Assembly: GCA_038199905.1 (NCBI GenBank)
Contig: JBBPYM010000183.1
Coordinates: 1 to 48,104 of the forward strand
Direction of reading: 5' to 3'
Length of the DNA stretch: 48,104 nt
Source: Chitinophagales bacterium
GTDB taxonomy: Bacteria > Bacteroidota > Bacteroidia > Chitinophagales > Chitinophagaceae
Within the stretch, counting starts at the first letter, position 1; the number at the start of each line of letters is the position of its first letter. A program made the position numbers and the translations under genes. The notes under the pieces are model-generated. The model made no database searches. It was not told where the DNA came from and saw only the letters and a program-made list of their open reading frames with translations. Shown here piece by piece: positions 28,315 to 37,179 of the stretch.

Positions 28315-28401
28315 ACACACCTGTTAACAAACTGTTGTAAAGAAACATACTTCCCATCTTTACAATACCTTTATAGAATTACGAAAAAATAATAACCCCA
28401 T

Positions 28402-29067
28402 ATGAAGACAAGCCTATATTTAATTATTGTAATCCTCGGAATAAGTGGCAGCTTATTAGCTCAGAATAACAGTAAGGGAAGCAGTGATGCAGCAGCTAAA
28501 AGTGTACTGGATAAGGTAAGTGCCAAATTTAAAACGTTCAAAGGCGTTCAATCAAATTTCACCCTCCTTGTGGAAGATAAGAATGGCAAAATTCAGGGAA
28601 ATAAAAAGGGTACAGTTATGATGAAAGGCCCAAAATACAGGGTAAACATTTCCGGGCAGGAAATTTTCTGTGATGGCAAAAATGTCTGGACATTCGATAA
28701 ATCGGCTAACGAAGTAACCATCGCCAAATTTGACCCGTCTTCAAACGCGATAACACCGCAGAAATTATTTACTAATTTCTACGACAAAGACTTTTTATAT
28801 AAACTGAACGGCGAAAAAAAGGTTGGCGCGAAAACAATCCAGGAAATTGAAATGACACCGCTGGACAAAAGCAAATCATTTCACAAAGTGCTGGTTTATA
28901 TTGACAAAGGGGCGCAGACTATTTACAGTACTAAAGTTCTGGAAAACACCGGCAACAAATATACTTATACAGTCTCTTCCCTTGCAGGAAACGCTAATAT
29001 TAACGATTCCCAGTTTGTATTCGACAAGAGCAAATATCCAGGTGTGGAAGAAGTAGATCTTAGATGA
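28402..29067 (+). CDS. lolA: Outer-membrane lipoprotein carrier protein LolA-like
   Basis: 221 aa with a signal peptide and LolA-like length and pattern. It sits immediately downstream of ftsK, an arrangement I recall as common in Bacteroidota. Confidence 0.7.
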   Translation: MKTSLYLIIVILGISGSLLAQNNSKGSSDAAAKSVLDKVSAKFKTFKGVQSNFTLLVEDKNGKIQGNKKGTVMMKGPKYRVNISGQEIFCDGKNVWTFDKSANEVTIAKFDPSSNAITPQKLFTNFYDKDFLYKLNGEKKVGAKTIQEIEMTPLDKSKSFHKVLVYIDKGAQTIYSTKVLENTGNKYTYTVSSLAGNANINDSQFVFDKSKYPGVEEVDLR

Positions 29068-29095
29068 TGAAGAAAGCCAACTTACTGGTCAGGAG

Positions 29096-29653
29096 TTAGC
29101 CACCCCATCGAAAGGAATTAACATCGAGTCCGGCGAGGTCAAGTACCCGGTCTGTTACCGTGGCAGCAACGGCTTCCAGCGTTTTTGGCTTACTATAAAA
29201 CGAAGGCGTGGCCGGACAAATAATGCCGCCAGCAAGCGTGATTGTTTCCATATTACGGATATGAACCAGGTTATAGGGTGTGTCTCGGGCAACGCATATC
29301 AACTTCCTTCTTTCCTTTAATATTACATCCGCTGATCTTGTTATGAGGTCATTGGAGATGCCGTTGGCAATACGACCCAGGGTTCCCATGGAGCAGGGAA
29401 TAATAATCATAATATTAAATTGCCCTGAACCTGAAGCAAAAGGAGCAAAAAAATCCTGCTGGTCGTAAAATGTTACCGGGTAATTTTGATAATCTTCATT
29501 ATCCAGCTCGGTTTTCCACACTGTCCGGGCGTTTTCCGTCATCACCACACCGAGGGTGCTCCATTGCTCTTTTAAAGTTATTAATTTGTCTAAAAGTACC
29601 TTTGTATAAATTGATCCACTTGCGCCAGTTACCGCTACGACAATTTTGTGCAT
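29096..29653 (-). CDS. ubiX: UbiX family flavin prenyltransferase
   Basis: Start taken at the internal Met MHKIVVAVTGASGSIY. The flavoprotein-fold motifs PCSMGTLG and ERRKL are present. Confidence 0.85.
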   Translation of the reverse strand: MHKIVVAVTGASGSIYTKVLLDKLITLKEQWSTLGVVMTENARTVWKTELDNEDYQNYPVTFYDQQDFFAPFASGSGQFNIMIIIPCSMGTLGRIANGISNDLITRSADVILKERRKLICVARDTPYNLVHIRNMETITLAGGIICPATPSFYSKPKTLEAVAATVTDRVLDLAGLDVNSFRWGG

Positions 29654-29769
29654 TGGAATAATATTTAAATGAAGTATCAAACACTTAATCAGTAAAGATG
29701 GTTGGGTAATAACGATAAGAATATATTTTGGCTTTTGCCGTTTTAATCTAGTCAGATAACAAATGTACT

Positions 29770-30303
29770 ATGCATATCTTCAAAGCTGTAGGAGTTCTTT
29801 TGTGGGTGTTCTACTTTTCGGGCGGTCCGGTTATAACTGACGCAAGAGATAAGTTGTCCTGGATGAAGTTACAGGAAGCGGAAACCGCTTTCAACAAGCA
29901 GAGAAAACCAATATTGGTAGACCTTTACACTGACTGGTGTGGTTGGTGCAAAGTGATGGATAAGAAAACCTATTCTAATAAAAACGTTGTCGCATACCTG
30001 CAGGAAAACTTTTACCCGGTTAAATTAAATGCCGAAACTAAAGAATCCATTACCTTTTTTGGAAAATCCTTTTCGTTCAACGCTTCCTACAAGGCAAACA
30101 GTATAGCTGTGTATTTTACGCAGGGAAACCTTTCGTTCCCAACAACGGTGATTATCCCGGCAGATGGCTCAGCACCGCAAGCCATACCTGGATATCTTAC
30201 TCCTAAGGAGATGGAGATCCTGTTAAAATATTTTGGGGAGAAGAAATTTGGAAAGGTTTCATTTGAAGAGTATAGGAAGCAGTTTAGTCCTTCCTGGAAC
30301 TAG
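29770..30303 (+). CDS. Thioredoxin-fold protein (DUF255/thioredoxin_7-like), exported
   Basis: 177 aa with a hydrophobic leader. ILVDLYTDWCGWCKVMD carries a CxxC redox motif. Confidence 0.7.
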   Translation: MHIFKAVGVLLWVFYFSGGPVITDARDKLSWMKLQEAETAFNKQRKPILVDLYTDWCGWCKVMDKKTYSNKNVVAYLQENFYPVKLNAETKESITFFGKSFSFNASYKANSIAVYFTQGNLSFPTTVIIPADGSAPQAIPGYLTPKEMEILLKYFGEKKFGKVSFEEYRKQFSPSWN

Positions 30304-30609
30304 CACTCTTTCTTTTTGCTAAACTCCATTTAGAAGGCATTACTGCAGCTAACTCGACTTAAGATATCCGATCTCGGGCCATCAGATGTTTTGTTTTTCA
30401 AGTTTTTAACAGGTTTTCAGAAAGTTTGCCAGATGCAACGCCGAATCGCGATTTAGCTTGTATGCTCAACAAAGTCAATGCTATTATTTACTCTGAGAGG
30501 TGAAGAACACTTAGCAAAAAGTTGATCCAAGTCAATTAATAAGGGTAAGTGGGTAAAAATTAGTTGTGTCGAACTAATGTTTCAATTTGAACATATACCT
30601 TTGTTTTTT

Positions 30610-30679
30610 CATAGGATAAGGTTTAATGGTTAATGGTATTTGATTAGAGCATCCCGCTTCACGGCGGGATCTTTTTTTA
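30610..30679 (+). ncRNA. Candidate ~70-nt small RNA (hypothetical)
   Basis: A TAnnTTTG-type box (TACCTTTG, 30596-30603) lies ~50 nt upstream of a clean intrinsic terminator (30651-30679). That terminator is ~350 nt beyond the nearest upstream plus-strand stop codon. No credible ORF lies between them. No -33 TTG occurs at the expected spacing. Confidence 0.25.
30651..30679 (+). terminator. Rho-independent terminator (plus strand)
   Basis: Stem atcccgc (30651-57) / gcgggat (30664-70), 6-nt loop, followed by cttttttta. Confidence 0.6.
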
Positions 30680-30684
30680 TAAGG

Positions 30685-30714
30685 AATAAAAAAGCCTTCG
30701 TTTAAGAAGGCTTT
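30685..30714 (-). terminator. Rho-independent terminator of the alpha-oxoamine synthase gene (minus strand)
   Basis: Stem aaagccttc (30691-99) / gaaggcttt (30706-14). On the minus strand it is followed by a U-rich run. It lies 22 nt after the stop at 30736. Confidence 0.6.
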
Positions 30715-30735
30715 TAATAAATGATTTGGTTGCTG

Positions 30736-31989
30736 TTAAGCTTCTGCCATATTCGGAATTTCAGCAGCCTTGTACTCCCCTGCATCCAGCTTCTTTTTGG
30801 TGGCTGAAAAAGCCTGCAAAGTCAGTTCAATATCCTCATCCGTATGTACCGCAGTAGGTATGAGCCTGTAAATAATCTGCCCTCTTGGTATAACAGGAAA
30901 TACCACTATTGAACAGAAAATATTATAGTTTTCCCGTAGGTCGAGGATCATTGCCGTTGCTTCCGGAACATCACCCTTCATGAAAATCGGTGTAACAGGG
31001 CTGTCCGTTTTGCCAATATCAAATCCTCTTTCTTTAAGCCCACTTTGTAGTTTGGTCACATTATACCAAAGCCTTTCTTTTAACTCCGGCATGGATTTCA
31101 TCATTTTCATCCTTGTGAGCATGCCTTCAACGATTATCATAGGAAGGCTTTTGGCAAATATTTGCGACCTGGTATTGTAACGCAGGTAAGATAATACGTC
31201 TTTAGGGCCTGCGATAAAGGCTCCAATACTTCCCATAGACTTCACAAAAGTTGAGAAGTAAAGATCAATGCCATCCTGGCAACCCTGTTCTTCATCTGCA
31301 CCAGCGCCTGTTGGCCCCATACTGCCAAAACCGTGTGCGTCATCAATCAGGAGTCTAAAAGAATATTTTTCTTTCAGCGCCACAATTTCCTTCAACTTAC
31401 CCTGGTCACCCGCCATTCCAAACACCCCCTCAGTAATTAACAAGATACCCCCACCGGATTTTTCTACCATTTTCTGCGCCCTGTTCAACTGTTTTTCACA
31501 GTCCTCGATATCATTGTGTTTATATGCATAACTATAACCCATGTGAAGGCGAATTCCATCAACGATACAGGCATGAGATTCTCCATCGTAAACAATTACA
31601 TCCCGTCGGTTAACCAGTGCATCTATACAACTCATGATACCCTGGTACCCGAAGTTTAGTAACATTGCATCTTCTTTGCCGATAAATTCAGAGAGTACGG
31701 CTTCCAATTCATCATGAAGTGAGCTGTTGCCACTCATCATACGGGATCCCATTGGATAGCCCATTCCCCATTTAACTGCCGCCTCAGCATCAGCCTTACG
31801 CGATTCGGGGTGGTTTGCCAATCCAAGGTAATTGTTCAGGCTCCAGACTATTTTTTCTTTACCCCGGAAAAACATCCTGTTACCCAACTCACCCTCCAAT
31901 TTTGGAAAAGCAAAATAACCATGGGCCCTTTTCATGTGCTGGCCTATCGGGCCGCCATCCTTCACTAATTTATCGAATACATCTGGCAT
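30736..31989 (-). CDS. Alpha-oxoamine synthase family PLP-dependent acyltransferase (BioF/Kbl/serine palmitoyltransferase-like)
   Basis: Start taken at the internal Met (MPDVFDKL...), giving ~417 aa. It has NNYLGLANHPE, GSRMMSGN, DDAHGFG and the PLP-lysine context STFVKSMGS. A promoter-like box lies inside the longer ORF-track version. Confidence 0.85.
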   Translation of the reverse strand: MPDVFDKLVKDGGPIGQHMKRAHGYFAFPKLEGELGNRMFFRGKEKIVWSLNNYLGLANHPESRKADAEAAVKWGMGYPMGSRMMSGNSSLHDELEAVLSEFIGKEDAMLLNFGYQGIMSCIDALVNRRDVIVYDGESHACIVDGIRLHMGYSYAYKHNDIEDCEKQLNRAQKMVEKSGGGILLITEGVFGMAGDQGKLKEIVALKEKYSFRLLIDDAHGFGSMGPTGAGADEEQGCQDGIDLYFSTFVKSMGSIGAFIAGPKDVLSYLRYNTRSQIFAKSLPMIIVEGMLTRMKMMKSMPELKERLWYNVTKLQSGLKERGFDIGKTDSPVTPIFMKGDVPEATAMILDLRENYNIFCSIVVFPVIPRGQIIYRLIPTAVHTDEDIELTLQAFSATKKKLDAGEYKAAEIPNMAEA

Positions 31990-32057
31990 ATTGCGTATAC
32001 TTCTTTTGTTAAAAATTGGGGCTAAGGTACTGCATTTAACAAAACTTAACGATTGAA

Positions 32058-32087
32058 GAAATTTAAAATGTGCAGAGATATTTGCAA
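32058..32087 (-). promoter_or_regulatory. Candidate promoter TTG-N19-TAAATTTC for the alpha-oxoamine synthase gene
   Basis: The minus strand reads ttgcaaatatctctgcacattttaaatttc. The spacing fits the Bacteroidota TTG-N19-TAnnTTTG consensus, with the last base C instead of G. Confidence 0.35.
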
Positions 32088-32287
32088 GCACCGGTAACTT
32101 GTTCATTAAACCTGCAAACAGTGTAATCTCATTCGTTAACTAACCAAACTATATAACTCTGCGGACAACCACACCTAATTCATTTTAACCACAGGTATAA
32201 AAATTCTATAAATTAGGTTGTGTTCATGAAGTGTTAGCTGGTAAACCCTTAGTTTTACCTGCTCCATAATACTTTTAATTCTTTATT

Positions 32288-35200
32288 ATGTTACTATTTC
32301 ACGGTTCTTCCAAATGGATATTTCTACTGGTAACGATTAGCATTACCACTATCGCATACGGTCAGTTGGATCTTTCTGCCAGGTTGCCCCTGGACCCGAA
32401 AGTTAAGACGGGCAAACTCCCCAACGGTCTTACCTACATAATTCGTCAAAACAATAAACCAGAAAAGAAAGTGGAGCTTCGCCTGGTTGTTAATGCCGGA
32501 AGTATACTGGAAGACGACAGCCAGCAGGGACTTGCACATATGAGCGAGCACATGGCTTTTAACGGCACGACAAATTTTAAGAAAAATGAAATCGTTTCAT
32601 ACTTGCAGGATATTGGCGTTGGATTTGGGAACGATCTTAATGCCTATACCAGCTTTGATGAAACAGTTTATATGCTTCCTATTCCAACAGATAAAAAAGG
32701 CAACCTGGAAAAAGGATTCCAGGTTTTAGAGGATTGGGCTCACGGGGTTACATACAACACGGAAGATATAGAAACAGAAAGGCCAATAATATTGGAAGAA
32801 AGCCGACTGGGCAAGGGAGCGGGCGACAGGATGTTTAAGAAGGTTTATCCCAGACTTTTTGAAGGTTCTATTTACGCCAAACGCTTACCCATAGGTGTTG
32901 ACAGCATTGTAAAAAGCTTCAAGCCAGAGGAAATCAGGCGGTTTTATAAAGACTGGTACCGTCCAGATTTGATGGCTGTTATAGTTGTTGGTGACATAGA
33001 TCCCGCACTGGCGGAGTCGATGATAAAAAAGCATTTTTCTTCCCTGGTTAATCCTGGCAACCCGCGTGTGCGAATTATTCCGGATGTTCCGGCTTACAAG
33101 TCAAGCGAGGCGATAGTGGTCACCGATAAAGAAGCCACCACCTACAACGTTTCTGTAAATTACTCCGCTTACAAAGAGGGCTCCTCCATAACGGTTGGTG
33201 ATTATCGCAATGATATTGTGAAACAAATTTTTTCATCGCTGATGAACCAGCGTTTGCAGGAACTTACACAAAAAGAAAATCCGCCATTTTTATACGGGAG
33301 AGTCAGTTTCGGCTCTTATGCAAGAGGTTATGAAGCCTTCAGCGCCAATGCAGGAACAGGGACCGGCGATATTACCAAAGGCTTAAATGCACTCATGGAA
33401 GAAATAGAAAGAGTAAAAAGATTTGGTTTCACTGCTAATGAACTGGAAAGATCAAAAAAAAATATCCTGAGCAGTTACGAAAGAATGTATAACGATCGTG
33501 ATAAAAATGAGTCAGAGAATTATACCGATGAATATATCAATTTGTTTTTGCTGCAGGAGCCTAGTCCCGGCATCGAAAAGGAGTTTGCCTACGCCAAAGA
33601 GTTATTACCAACCATTACACTTGAAGAAGTTAACGCGGTAGTCAAAAAGTTTAAGGATGAGAAGAACCGCTTTATTTACGTTATGGGTCCTGATCCTAAA
33701 GTTGGAGAGACATTGCCTTCTGGTACAGATCTTTTGGCTATTGTTGATGCAAAGGAAAAGGCTGACGTACGTCCTTACGAAGAGAAAGAGGTTGCAACAA
33801 CGCTGCTTAAAGCAGATCCCAAAGCCGGCAAGATTTCTTCAAGAACTACCAATGCTGTTCTGGGTACCATTGAATTAAGACTTGATAATGGGGTAACGGT
33901 GACCTTAAAACCTACAGATTTCAAAAACGACCAGGTACTGATGGCAGCAAGCAGGGCAGGAGGCCAGAATATCTACGGCCTTGAAGACAAGTATAATGCG
34001 GAATACGCTACGGCCATAATATCGACTATGGGTGTAGGTGATTTTTCGCCTGTGGAGCTTCGCAAGGTGCTGGCGGGAAAGTCTTTATCGGTAAGCCCTG
34101 TTTTTACAGATATCTCTGAGGGTATTAATGGCAATTCTACTGTGAAGGACCTGGAATCAATGTTTCAACTAACCTATTTATACTTAACGGACCCGAGAAA
34201 GGACACCGCTTTGTTTCGATCCTTTATACAAAAGAATAAATCACAATTTGCCATGTTAGGCGCTAACCCACAGGCAGCCTTTATTGATACTATGTACAAG
34301 GTGATGTTCAACAATAACCCGCTGGCACCTGTAGCAGTTCCGAAGAGTGAATACTTTGATAAGGTAGACCTCGATCGTTCCTTTGCGATATATAAAGAAC
34401 GTTTTACAAATGCGAAAGGAATGAACTTTGTTTTTGTAGGCAGCTTTACCGAAAAGCAAATAGTTCCATTGATAGAACGTTACCTCGGCAGTCTACCCGC
34501 AGCAGAAATCAAGACCGGGTTTATAGATAATAAACTCAGGCCCATTGTTGGTAAGCAAACATTAAATGTAAACAAGGGGTCGGAAGATAAAAGCCTTATC
34601 CTGGCATTTTATACCGGCGAGATAGCATATAATGAAGACCTCGCTTTAAAGATACAGGCGTTGAGTGAAATTTTAAATATTCGTATCATTGAAGAACTTA
34701 GGGAGAAGGTGCAGGGAATTTACGGCGGTAGTACATTTGGAGGTCTTGAGAAAGCTCCCTATTCAAACTACAGTTTTGTATTGCAATTGCCATGTGGCCC
34801 GGAGAAAGTAGATACATTATTAAGAGCTATTCATAAAGAGTTTGATGACATCGCCACAAAAGGTCCCTCCCAGAGTTACCTGGACAAGGTGAAGAAGCAA
34901 TGGAAAGAAAAGTACAGGACGAGCATAAAGGAAAATGGCGCCTGGCTCGGAGAGCTAAAGGAACTTAATTTAATGGGAGGTGACCCGAGACGTTTTGTTG
35001 ACTATGAAAAGTACGTTGACCTGTTGACCGTAAAAGATGTGCAGCAGGCTGCACAGATTGTGCTTGCTGGTAAGAATCAATTTACGGCCGTGCTCATGCC
35101 AGAAAGATTTGCTCTCGGTGACCCGCGCATTGAGGGTGCAACACAGATTAAAGCAACAAGTGGTAATAGGAAAATAAGCGTTAAACAAACAATCCACCTG

Positions 35201-35503
35201 GATCAACCTGAATTTAAAGTTGACCTTTACGATAACGGTGATATCGACGGCGATAGTGTAACTGTGTACTTTAATGGTGCTGTTGTTGCATCAAAACAGA
35301 AGTTAACCAACAAGGCAATTTCCTTACAGTTAAGAGCCCAGCCTGATATGAAGAACGAGTTGGTTATGTATGCGGACAACCTCGGTTCCATACCGCCAAA
35401 CACTGCATTGATGAAGGTTACGGCAAATGGTAAATCTTATGAGATTAGGTTGGAGTCCAACACTGAGCAAAGCGGCGCAGTAATTTTTAATTTGAAGAAG
35501 TGA
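32288..35503 (+). CDS. M16 family (pitrilysin/insulinase-like) zinc peptidase, secreted, with an extra C-terminal ~110-aa domain
   Basis: 1071 aa with a signal peptide. The inverted zinc motif HMSEH (HxxEH) is encoded at 32537-32551. Two M16 halves are present. The tail from ~35160 (KISVKQTIHLDQPEFKVDLYDNGDIDGDSVTVYFNG...) lies beyond the usual M16 end. Confidence 0.85.
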   Translation: MLLFHGSSKWIFLLVTISITTIAYGQLDLSARLPLDPKVKTGKLPNGLTYIIRQNNKPEKKVELRLVVNAGSILEDDSQQGLAHMSEHMAFNGTTNFKKNEIVSYLQDIGVGFGNDLNAYTSFDETVYMLPIPTDKKGNLEKGFQVLEDWAHGVTYNTEDIETERPIILEESRLGKGAGDRMFKKVYPRLFEGSIYAKRLPIGVDSIVKSFKPEEIRRFYKDWYRPDLMAVIVVGDIDPALAESMIKKHFSSLVNPGNPRVRIIPDVPAYKSSEAIVVTDKEATTYNVSVNYSAYKEGSSITVGDYRNDIVKQIFSSLMNQRLQELTQKENPPFLYGRVSFGSYARGYEAFSANAGTGTGDITKGLNALMEEIERVKRFGFTANELERSKKNILSSYERMYNDRDKNESENYTDEYINLFLLQEPSPGIEKEFAYAKELLPTITLEEVNAVVKKFKDEKNRFIYVMGPDPKVGETLPSGTDLLAIVDAKEKADVRPYEEKEVATTLLKADPKAGKISSRTTNAVLGTIELRLDNGVTVTLKPTDFKNDQVLMAASRAGGQNIYGLEDKYNAEYATAIISTMGVGDFSPVELRKVLAGKSLSVSPVFTDISEGINGNSTVKDLESMFQLTYLYLTDPRKDTALFRSFIQKNKSQFAMLGANPQAAFIDTMYKVMFNNNPLAPVAVPKSEYFDKVDLDRSFAIYKERFTNAKGMNFVFVGSFTEKQIVPLIERYLGSLPAAEIKTGFIDNKLRPIVGKQTLNVNKGSEDKSLILAFYTGEIAYNEDLALKIQALSEILNIRIIEELREKVQGIYGGSTFGGLEKAPYSNYSFVLQLPCGPEKVDTLLRAIHKEFDDIATKGPSQSYLDKVKKQWKEKYRTSIKENGAWLGELKELNLMGGDPRRFVDYEKYVDLLTVKDVQQAAQIVLAGKNQFTAVLMPERFALGDPRIEGATQIKATSGNRKISVKQTIHLDQPEFKVDLYDNGDIDGDSVTVYFNGAVVASKQKLTNKAISLQLRAQPDMKNELVMYADNLGSIPPNTALMKVTANGKSYEIRLESNTEQSGAVIFNLKK

Positions 35504-35733
35504 GTGAGTATTGGTTTGTATGGATTGTTTGAAAAAAGGGAGCAGTACAAGTCGAAGTAGCTGCGATGTAAAAGCTATTTAATTGCAAAAGCAAAGAATG
35601 TCAAGGTAACAGGGAATTGTACTTGTTGTTCTTTGCAGCTCTCTGCCGTTAGATTGAACCGTTGTTTAAGAGCTAGAAACATTTAATATCCGCCGAACCG
35701 GAAAATAACTTAAACTGCTTCAACTTCCAGGTA

Positions 35734-35762
35734 CAAAAAAAGTCCGGCAAAAATGCCGGACT
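35734..35762 (-). terminator. Rho-independent terminator of the RRM protein gene
   Basis: Stem agtccggca (35741-49) / tgccggact (35754-62), loop aaaa, followed on the minus strand by tttttt. Confidence 0.7.
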
Positions 35763-35788
35763 CAACTGATGATTTATTCATTACTATA

Positions 35789-36232
35789 CTAGTAGTCGTT
35801 TCTCCTGTTGAAACCGCCACCGCTGCTGCTTCTTCCGCCGCCGCTTCCACCGCTTCCGCCGCTTCCACCACCGTAACCGCCACGGCTTCCACCGCCACCG
35901 CTACCGCCGTAACCGCCACGACTTCCGCCGCCGCCGCCACCGCTACCAAAAGTCTTCTTTTTGAAGCCACCGCCACCAGCTCCACCTTGTTTAGGCTGAG
36001 ATTCGTTAACAACGATGCTACGGCCAGAGATCTCTGAACCGTTAAGGCCATCAATCGCAGCCTGACCTTCGCTGTCGGTAGTCATTTCAACAAAACCAAA
36101 GCCTTTACTGCGGTTGTTGTTGAATTTGTCTGTAACAATTTTTGCAGAAGTTACTTCGCCGTAAGGAGCAAATAAATCTTGTAAGTCTTGCTCAGTCATT
36201 GTCCAACTGAGGTTTCCAACGTAAATGTTCAT
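35789..36232 (-). CDS. RRM-type RNA-binding protein with a glycine-rich C-terminal tail
   Basis: Start taken at the internal Met MNIYVGNLSW (RNP2). RNP1 is KGFGFVEM. The tail is GGAGGGGFKKK...GGSRGGYGG repeats. Confidence 0.85.
   Translation of the reverse strand: MNIYVGNLSWTMTEQDLQDLFAPYGEVTSAKIVTDKFNNNRSKGFGFVEMTTDSEGQAAIDGLNGSEISGRSIVVNESQPKQGGAGGGGFKKKTFGSGGGGGGSRGGYGGSGGGGSRGGYGGGSGGSGGSGGGRSSSGGGFNRRNDY
35792..35990. repeat. In-frame GC-rich coding repeat (Gly/Ser/Arg/Tyr tail), ~36-nt period
   Basis: ccgtaaccgccacg(g/a)cttcc(a/g)ccgcc recurs at ~35871 and ~35907, and shorter (ccgcc/ccacc) units occur throughout. This generates spurious Ala/Thr-rich ORFs in other frames. Confidence 0.7.
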
Positions 36233-36399
36233 CTTAATTTTTTTTAAATAATTGAATAAACCATAATGAACACAGCACCAATTAACCAGAGAAACATTTA
36301 CTTCGAAACGCTCAGAGAACAATTGCAAACTGTAAAGATCATTAAAGGCTCTACGAAGATAGAGAAATCTACTTACAAGTGATAATTATTTTAATCTTT

Positions 36400-36433
36400 T
36401 TAAAAATAAAAAGCCCGGCATTTAATGCCGGGC
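36400..36433 (-). terminator. Rho-independent terminator of the rpsF-rpsR-rplI operon
   Basis: Stem gcccggca (36413-20) / tgccgggc (36426-33), followed on the minus strand by tttttattttta. Confidence 0.7.
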
Positions 36434-36454
36434 GCAGCCTGTAAAACTGGTATT

Positions 36455-36901
36455 TTATTCGCCGATTACTTCAAATTCTACTTCAGTATGATTGCCGTTT
36501 CCGAAGTCGATCATCGCTTTATGCATGCCTAATTCTTTTACTTCCTCAGGTATCGTAATACGTTTACGATCAATCTCGAAACCTTTTTGATCCCGAATAG
36601 CGCGGGTAATTTGCAGTGAAGTAACACTACCAAAGATCTTACCGCTTGTACCCGTTTTCGCACCGATCTTGAGTGGCGCAGCCTTCAGCACGCTGATAAC
36701 GCTGTTTATTTCTGCCAGGAGCTTAGCCTCTTTCTTGTGGAGTTGCTTGATCTTTTCTTCCATTTGCTTCAGGTTAGAAGAATTGGCTTCTACCGCAAGC
36801 TTGCTTGGGATTAAAAAATTTCGCCCATACCCGTTTTTCACGGTCACCAACTCGTTGGCGCCGCCTAAATTATCTACATCCTGAATTAATATTACTTGCA
36901 T
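36455..36901 (-). CDS. rplI: 50S ribosomal protein L9
   Basis: 148 aa. MQVILIQDVDNLG...VKNGYGRNFLIP is the canonical L9 N-terminus. Confidence 0.95.
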   Translation of the reverse strand: MQVILIQDVDNLGGANELVTVKNGYGRNFLIPSKLAVEANSSNLKQMEEKIKQLHKKEAKLLAEINSVISVLKAAPLKIGAKTGTSGKIFGSVTSLQITRAIRDQKGFEIDRKRITIPEEVKELGMHKAMIDFGNGNHTEVEFEVIGE

Positions 36902-36910
36902 GGCGTCCTC

Positions 36911-37177
36911 CTATTTTAAAAGATCAGTTACGTACGGCAATATCGCCATTTGACGGGCTTTCTTTACTGCCTGTGACACTTTACGCTGGTATTTCAGGGA
37001 ATTACCGGTAATTCTGCGAGGAAGTAATTTGCCTTGCTCGTTCAGGAATTTCTTTAAAAACTCGGCATCTTTGTAGTCGATGTACTTAATGCCCATCTTC
37101 TCAAAACGGCTGTATTTCTTCTGCCTTTTTTCCGTTTTGATAGCGGTCAGGTACTTAATTTCATTTGTCTTTGCCAT
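36911..37177 (-). CDS. rpsR: 30S ribosomal protein S18
   Basis: 88 aa. ...IDYKD...LKKF..E.GK.LPRRITG...K.QR....A.K.AR..A.LPY pattern. Confidence 0.95.
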   Translation of the reverse strand: MAKTNEIKYLTAIKTEKRQKKYSRFEKMGIKYIDYKDAEFLKKFLNEQGKLLPRRITGNSLKYQRKVSQAVKKARQMAILPYVTDLLK

Positions 37178-37179
37178 GA

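Noticed and set aside
35710-36054. Ala/Val/Thr-rich ORFs 35710..36054 (-) and 35753..36037 (+)
   Set aside because: They are alternative-frame readings of the GC-rich Gly-repeat DNA of the RRM protein tail. The RRM frame is validated by the RNP1 and RNP2 motifs.
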